A stretch of 64,000 nt of DNA, taken from positions 1,088,001-1,152,000 of the forward strand of contig OZ219753.1 in NCBI GenBank assembly GCA_964291315.2. The letters are read 5' to 3'. This document shows, piece by piece, positions 58,633-64,000 of this stretch. The number at the start of each line of letters is the position of its first letter. Position 1 is the first letter of the stretch. Source of the stretch: Candidatus Poribacteria bacterium (GTDB lineage: Bacteria > Poribacteria > WGA-4E > WGA-3G). Below the pieces are notes generated by a model. That model did not search any database. It was given only the letters and a program-made list of their open reading frames with translations, and was not told the DNA's origin. A program made the translations under genes and the position numbers.

Positions 58633-58879
58633 CGCTGCCCCCTGTAACAGGTGGAATCAAAGCAATTTCATCTCCGTCTGCTAGCTTAGTGTTCTCTGTA
58701 GCGTATTCCCAATTGACAGACATCTGCATCACTTCATAAAACTCAGCAATTTCTGGCCACTCTTCCTCAAGACGCTGCAGAATAGTTTTGACGGTGGCTC
58801 CCTCCGGAAGCTCCATCTCTTCTTCAGATCTATCTAATATTTCATGACATACGGCAAAGTATTTAACAGTAACGTTCAT
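58625..58879 (-). CDS. moaD: Molybdopterin synthase sulfur carrier
   Basis: MNVTVKYFA...'DGDEIALIPPVTGG' followed by an SDV extension. Confidence 0.92.
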   Translation of the reverse strand: MNVTVKYFAVCHEILDRSEEEMELPEGATVKTILQRLEEEWPEIAEFYEVMQMSVNWEYATENTKLADGDEIALIPPVTGGSDV

Positions 58880-59177
58880 AGGGATTCCTTTTTGATAGAA
58901 GTTTAAGAGATAATAATTTGTGAATTTTACTAGTAAAGTATAGCACAAAATAGGTTCTAAAACAACATGTTTATTACGGATCGGTAGGGATATTCAGGTC
59001 TAGATTTCTGGGTTTTGATCTAGACGAGAAGGTAGTGAGCCTGAGGTCACTCGTATAAAAAGCTGAATAATTCTGGTAAAATTCACAATGGTGTTGATTT
59101 TTATTGAAGATTCTGATAGAATAAAGAGAGCTTGTAGATATGATTCACTACTTTTGACTTAACACGGGAGGCAACCT

Positions 59178-59789
59178 ATGAAACTAAAAGCGATCTGTTA
59201 CTTTGTCGCCATGCTGCTTGTCGCTAGCCTGGTTGGCTGTGGTGGAGACGATCCGGAACCGGAAATAGCTGAGACGGAACCCTTAGTCACGCCAACTTCT
59301 CAACCGGTGGAGACAACGCCAACTGTAGAACGAAATATTGACTTTGCAGTTGAAGAGCAGGCGATCCGTGAACTCTATGCGGCGTATGCTGCTGCCCACG
59401 GAGACAAAGACGTTGATACACTCGGAAAAGTGTGGCTCAAAAGTGAGGAAAAAACAGTTTTCACTGCGTGGACGTTCTGGGCTGGCACTTTTGAGAGAAA
59501 CGATGGATGGAAGGCTGTAACGGCGGCATGGGATGGAATTTTCCGGCTGCGCGGTGGGGAAATGGCAATAGAGATCACCCACATTGCTATTAACAGCCGA
59601 GGTAAAGAAGCTGTTTTACGAGGTTCTTACAAATGGGGTGATCAGCAGGGCGATCTAATTTCTGCCCTGAAGAAGGATGGCGCGGACTGGAAAATTCGTG
59701 CAATTGATTACACGAATGGTAGGTTCGGAAAACAGGTTAAAGATATGATTGACCCCGCTCATACGTTCGAAAAAATTCCTGAAGAATAG
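59178..59789 (+). CDS. Lipoprotein with an NTF2/SnoaL-like domain
   Basis: Lipobox LVGC; 'EQAIRELYAAY...KDVDTL...WKIRAID'. Confidence 0.72.
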   Translation: MKLKAICYFVAMLLVASLVGCGGDDPEPEIAETEPLVTPTSQPVETTPTVERNIDFAVEEQAIRELYAAYAAAHGDKDVDTLGKVWLKSEEKTVFTAWTFWAGTFERNDGWKAVTAAWDGIFRLRGGEMAIEITHIAINSRGKEAVLRGSYKWGDQQGDLISALKKDGADWKIRAIDYTNGRFGKQVKDMIDPAHTFEKIPEE

Positions 59790-59791
59790 GT

Positions 59792-60151
59792 ATGGATAAA
59801 ATTATTCTCAAAGGAATACGGTTTCATGGCCACCACGGCGTTCCTGAATCGGAACGTCAGGTTGGTGGCCATTATGAAATTGACGCGGTCTTGGGTTACA
59901 ACCTCGCATGCCCCGGCACTACGGACTCACTCACAGACACGATCGACTATGCCGAAGTTGTTACATGTATCATTGAAATTGGCACACAGCAGTCTTTCCA
60001 ACTCATTGAGGCGCTGGCTGAAAAAATCGCAGCGGTCATTTTATCCGAGTTCGCGGTTGAAGATGTCCGCCTTATCGTTAAGAAACTGCACCCACCGATC
60101 GAACAACCCATTAATTATTTTGCTGTTGAAATTTTTCGTAGTGAAGTATAA
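59792..60151 (+). CDS. folB: Dihydroneopterin aldolase
   Basis: 'FHGHHGVPESE', 'DTIDYAE' and 'LIEALAE'. Confidence 0.95.
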   Translation: MDKIILKGIRFHGHHGVPESERQVGGHYEIDAVLGYNLACPGTTDSLTDTIDYAEVVTCIIEIGTQQSFQLIEALAEKIAAVILSEFAVEDVRLIVKKLHPPIEQPINYFAVEIFRSEV

Positions 60152-61337
60152 ATTTGCTATTCTCATCTGCATCTTCTTGACGACAACCCCGTTCACACAA
60201 GCCGGTGGCAGAAAAGAATTATTATTCCAAGATATAGCCCCCGGTGTCCAAGTCTATCGTTACCATTGGGATGTCGAAACATGTGTCCTCTACGTTGCTG
60301 AGATGTCCCGGCAGGAACCGACACTGCACTTTGAGGTAGGGCTTGCCAACGCTCAAGTCTTAGGTAAAGAGACTGTGCGCTCCATGGCGATGCGGCGAAA
60401 CGAACGTGGTGATCGACGCGTCCTCGTTGCAGTCAATGGCGGTTTTGGAGTTCTCGGGGATATGCGTGGTTACGGCGGCGTGTTAGAAAACCTCCATATC
60501 CAAGAGGGTGAGCTAGTGACACAACCCACCGACACGGACGCTTGTTTTGGCGTAACCGAAGCAGGGGAGTTTCTAAGCTCTTCCGTGGAAATGCAGGCCA
60601 GTCTCCAAATAGACATGCATACGCTGCAGATTGGGTGTATCAATCAGAGGCGGCTTGACGGGTGTCAGGTCATCCTCTATACTCCTAGTCTTGGTAAAAC
60701 GACACACACACATCGTCGCCGGGGTAGAGAGGTGATACTCAGGGGGCTTCCTCTCCCGTTAACACTGAATTATGAACACGGCTACACTGTAGAGGACATT
60801 TCACGTGGCGGCAACAGTCTAATTCCCAAAGACGGGGTAGTTCTCTGGATTAATGCTAGATTTAAAGATCAAAGTGTTTCGGCTTTCAATACTGGGGCGA
60901 ATGGCATCCTCACGGTTTCCCTCTTGCCCCCCGAATGGAATCAAGTCCGCCACGCCATAGGGGGACGACTCCGTCTTCTCAAAAATGGTAAGATAAACGA
61001 AACGCTCGTCGAGATGCACAACACTGAAAAACGGCATACGCCAGGCAAACGTGTCCCCGTGTTAAACCTCAGCCATGAACCCCGAACAGCCCTCGGATAC
61101 AACGCAGACAAGCTCTTTTTGGTCGTTGCAGATGGACGACAACCGCAATATAGCACAGGTCTAACCCTTTATGAACTTGCCAGCATACTCATCGAACTCG
61201 GAGCAACGGAAGCGATTAACCTTGACGGTGGCTCTTCCAGTACTTTTGTCGTCAAGGATGCGGTTATTAACAAGCCGTCTGGACGGCAGGAACGTGACGT
61301 TTTGAATGCTGCTTTTATCACGGTAGATACTCAGTGA
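60141..61337 (+). CDS. Phosphodiester glycosidase (NAGPA-like) family protein
   Basis: GTG start with signal peptide; 'VNGGF', 'PRTALG', 'DGRQ' and 'NLDGGSS'. Confidence 0.88.
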   Translation: MKYKFAILICIFLTTTPFTQAGGRKELLFQDIAPGVQVYRYHWDVETCVLYVAEMSRQEPTLHFEVGLANAQVLGKETVRSMAMRRNERGDRRVLVAVNGGFGVLGDMRGYGGVLENLHIQEGELVTQPTDTDACFGVTEAGEFLSSSVEMQASLQIDMHTLQIGCINQRRLDGCQVILYTPSLGKTTHTHRRRGREVILRGLPLPLTLNYEHGYTVEDISRGGNSLIPKDGVVLWINARFKDQSVSAFNTGANGILTVSLLPPEWNQVRHAIGGRLRLLKNGKINETLVEMHNTEKRHTPGKRVPVLNLSHEPRTALGYNADKLFLVVADGRQPQYSTGLTLYELASILIELGATEAINLDGGSSSTFVVKDAVINKPSGRQERDVLNAAFITVDTQ

Positions 61338-61365
61338 AACGCTGTAAATAACTTGGAGAGCTATT

Positions 61366-62415
61366 GTGAAAACCTATTTTCGTGTAACAGCTAAGCTGCT
61401 CATATTTCTATCACTGCTGTTCTGTCACATCCTAGTCGCTAATTCAGCAGATACCCCAAAATTGTTGGCGGCAGCCCCCCTTTCGCAAACAGCGATTCAG
61501 TTGCAGTTCAACGGAAAATTGTTACTAGAAGAGGTAGAAAACCGGGAAAATTATCGCATCACATCAGACATCCGACTTGAATACGTAATATTGGATCAGC
61601 GAATGAACCGCGTCTTGCTGACGCTTGCGACGCCGTTGCGAATGGGAATAACCTATCGACTTACGCATCAAAAATTACAAATTGAGACACTACTAACACT
61701 TCCGTCCGTAAATGAAATAACCTTCGGCACAAGCGACACCGTTACATTTTCTGGTGGTGGGCAAGATACCACGTTGTTTGCCAACAAAGATCGGAAGGCC
61801 TGGAACAACAATGCTGGAGCGGAACAGACTCTGCTATGTGATCCAACGGGGAGCGTTTTTTTTGCAGTCTTTGATCTCTTCGATGCGTTTGAAGATATAG
61901 GTATCCGTGAGCCGACACAGGTTTTAGAGGCAGCGATAAGTCTACACGTTCAGACGTGCGAGATAGAAACTGCACAGACGGTACTTTTCCGCCGCGTTTT
62001 ACTTCCGTGGCGAGAGGGCAGAGGCACCTCTGACCGTGCGAAAGAGAACGAGCTTACTTATAACAGTGCGTTGCATCGCAACCTCCCGTGGAACAGGCCC
62101 CCGGCGCAAGCGATGTTAGCAGGAATAGACGGGGATAATGAAAGTGATTACAATGGTTCGGAGGATGTTGCACACCGCATTGACGGTACGTGTGACATTC
62201 AAGGCGCAGACAGACGGTATACATTCAAAAGCGAACTGCTCACCGAGGCTGTCCGTTTTTGGGTGGCGAACCCCGATTACAACTACGGATATCTCTTTGC
62301 CATACAAGAAGGTAGTGTGCCAATTGTTTTTTCTTCAAAAGAGGCGGCTGATGAAAAATTGCGTCCGGTTTTGACAATTCGGTATCAGCTCCAACCGGAG
62401 GAGAACCGGAATTAA
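61366..62415 (+). CDS. Secreted DNRLRE/CBM96-like domain protein
   Basis: Signal peptide; 'DTTL...NNAG', 'WREG', 'NYGYL' and 'FSSKE...RPVL.I.Y'. Confidence 0.65.
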   Translation: MKTYFRVTAKLLIFLSLLFCHILVANSADTPKLLAAAPLSQTAIQLQFNGKLLLEEVENRENYRITSDIRLEYVILDQRMNRVLLTLATPLRMGITYRLTHQKLQIETLLTLPSVNEITFGTSDTVTFSGGGQDTTLFANKDRKAWNNNAGAEQTLLCDPTGSVFFAVFDLFDAFEDIGIREPTQVLEAAISLHVQTCEIETAQTVLFRRVLLPWREGRGTSDRAKENELTYNSALHRNLPWNRPPAQAMLAGIDGDNESDYNGSEDVAHRIDGTCDIQGADRRYTFKSELLTEAVRFWVANPDYNYGYLFAIQEGSVPIVFSSKEAADEKLRPVLTIRYQLQPEENRN

Positions 62416-62653
62416 TTCCAAGTGTGATTCAGGCGAAAACCATACATCAGTCGAATATTGTTGAATACTGGAGGGATCAGACCATCATAGTTATGTCGTT
62501 ATGATGCAAACTAATAGGAAGCCATGCCGAATGTGTGCGGGGTACTTGTTGTATGCTACAAAAGAGGTGCTTTTTCGGTGAGAAGTGGCTTTGTTGTCCG
62601 TTTTTCTCTGACTTGTTCTTACTGTTAGATCGAGTTCACATTTATTTATTACC

Positions 62654-63940
62654 TTACAAAAACGCTTGCAAGCGTATCAAAGTCCGTTCCACTGCCCCTA
62701 GATTCTCCTCAATTACTTTTTTGCCGATGCGTCCGGCTGTCGTTCGCGCTGTCTCGTTCTCTAGCCACGCTTTGATCACATCTGCTAACTGTTGCCTGTC
62801 ATGAACCAGTTTTGCGCCCCCTCGATCCAAGAGTAAGGATGCTTCGTGCGCGTTCTGGATAGTTGGTCCAAAGATAACAGGTTTCTCCATTGCAGCAGGT
62901 TCCATCACGTTATGAACGCTCCCGCGGAAGCTCCCGCCAACAAACGATATGTCTGCTAACCGATATAACTTCGCAAGAAGCCCCACTTTGTCAACGATAA
63001 GGACATCTATTGCCGCCAGATCCATTTCAGGGGTGAGTTCTGAAAAACAGCGGTAGGCTGATTTTGCTCGTTCTAGATGTCGGCGAATTTCCTTTATGCG
63101 TCCAGGTGTGGGTTCGTGTGGCACCAAAATCAGGTGTGGAAAATCGCCCTGCATATTTTGACGCAGGAATTGGTAAGCTGGTAGCAACACTCGCTCATCT
63201 TCTGTGTAAGTGCTCCCTGCGACGAGAATAAGTCGTTTTAAGGTTCTTTGGCCGTGGAAAAATTCGGCATCAGGTTCGACAGCGATTGCCTGTCGATAAA
63301 CTTGTTCGTAGCGGGTATCACCGGTGACAATAATTTCGTGTGTTGGTGAGCAAAGTTCTTGAAAACGCGTCGCGTCCGCTTCTGAGATGGTACAATGTAC
63401 TCGGATACACTGATGCACACTTCGGAAAAACGGTTTTGCGAGATAGGATAGTCTTTTCGACTCGGCGTGTAGTGTTCCTGCTACCACGATAATTGGGATA
63501 TCTTGATTTGATGCTTTCCAAACAAGATTCGGCCAAATATCGAATTTTGAAAAAACTATTATTGAAGGTTCAATGAGTTGCAGCAAACGTTCTGCGTTCC
63601 GCGGTGTATCGAGCGGAAAATAAACGGCTGCGTCTGCGTAGGGATAGCTCTGTGCATTCGGTGCAACGGAGGGCGAAAAGAAGGTTAAAACAATCCGGGT
63701 CTCTGCATACATTGCTTCAATGAGCGGTTTCGCCTGTTCAAATTCCCCCACAGATGTGAAGTGAAACCAGGTTGTTTTCTCTAAATTTCGTGATATCCGG
63801 AGCTGGCTTGTCAGTTCTCCAAACACTCTTTTTCGTCCTTTGATCCCTTCCTGAATCTTGGGGTTGCAATACCTTGTGCTGTGAAAAGCGATGAACATGG
63901 TAGGGATAAAGAGCGTGTTGTAGATGAATTGCCAGAACAT
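62654..63940 (-). CDS. waaA: 3-deoxy-D-manno-octulosonic acid (Kdo) transferase
   Basis: 'WFHFTSVGEF', 'YFPLD', 'TGDTRY', 'AGST', 'LVPHEP', 'FVGGS' and 'HNVMEPA'. Confidence 0.93.
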   Translation of the reverse strand: MFWQFIYNTLFIPTMFIAFHSTRYCNPKIQEGIKGRKRVFGELTSQLRISRNLEKTTWFHFTSVGEFEQAKPLIEAMYAETRIVLTFFSPSVAPNAQSYPYADAAVYFPLDTPRNAERLLQLIEPSIIVFSKFDIWPNLVWKASNQDIPIIVVAGTLHAESKRLSYLAKPFFRSVHQCIRVHCTISEADATRFQELCSPTHEIIVTGDTRYEQVYRQAIAVEPDAEFFHGQRTLKRLILVAGSTYTEDERVLLPAYQFLRQNMQGDFPHLILVPHEPTPGRIKEIRRHLERAKSAYRCFSELTPEMDLAAIDVLIVDKVGLLAKLYRLADISFVGGSFRGSVHNVMEPAAMEKPVIFGPTIQNAHEASLLLDRGGAKLVHDRQQLADVIKAWLENETARTTAGRIGKKVIEENLGAVERTLIRLQAFL

Positions 63941-64000
63941 ACGGAGTCTTAAAGATAAAAAGGTGGGAAGAATGGAAGAAACATTTTGTTCTCCCAATCT

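Noticed and set aside
59826-60140. Long dual-coding overlap of the 503-aa ORF with folB
   Set aside because: A signal peptide begins at GTG 60141, so the upstream extension is an incidental open frame.

Overview
A bacterial chromosomal window, most likely from Candidatus Poribacteria or a relative. This assignment is inferred from the gene repertoire (FGE/CLec repeats, a WD40 protein with an 'NYPNPFNPETWIPY' C-terminal domain, a LamG protein ending 'AVEARGKLTTAWARIK', PhyH paralogs, sulfatase, Rpn) and was not checked against a database. The left two-thirds is accessory: secreted proteins, PorV-like, efflux, sugar catabolism and two N6-adenine R-M enzymes. The right third is housekeeping: tatAC, pgeF, yggS-proC-yggT-[ileS-like]-lspA, fmt, PASTA, rpe, rsmE, moaDE, folB, waaA. 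Main observations: (1) three lipoproteins within about 5 kb, truncated or split by the ORF track, have an in-frame TGA at the first Cys of a CxxC motif followed by a SECIS-like hairpin. They are probably exported selenoproteins: two tandem HMA metal-binding proteins (GMT-U-GSC) and one peroxiredoxin-like protein (T-U-GIC). (2) An intact 922-aa IleRS homolog at the canonical ileS-lspA position has lost its HIGH, KMSKS and editing motifs. (3) DprA is fused to a PD-(D/E)xK nuclease-like domain. (4) A type IIG-like R-M gene is split by a G8 tract and would be restored at G7. (5) An Rpn gene has an internal RBS and ATG (gene-within-gene). (6) rpe apparently starts at ATT. No rRNA, tRNA or convincing CRISPR array was seen.
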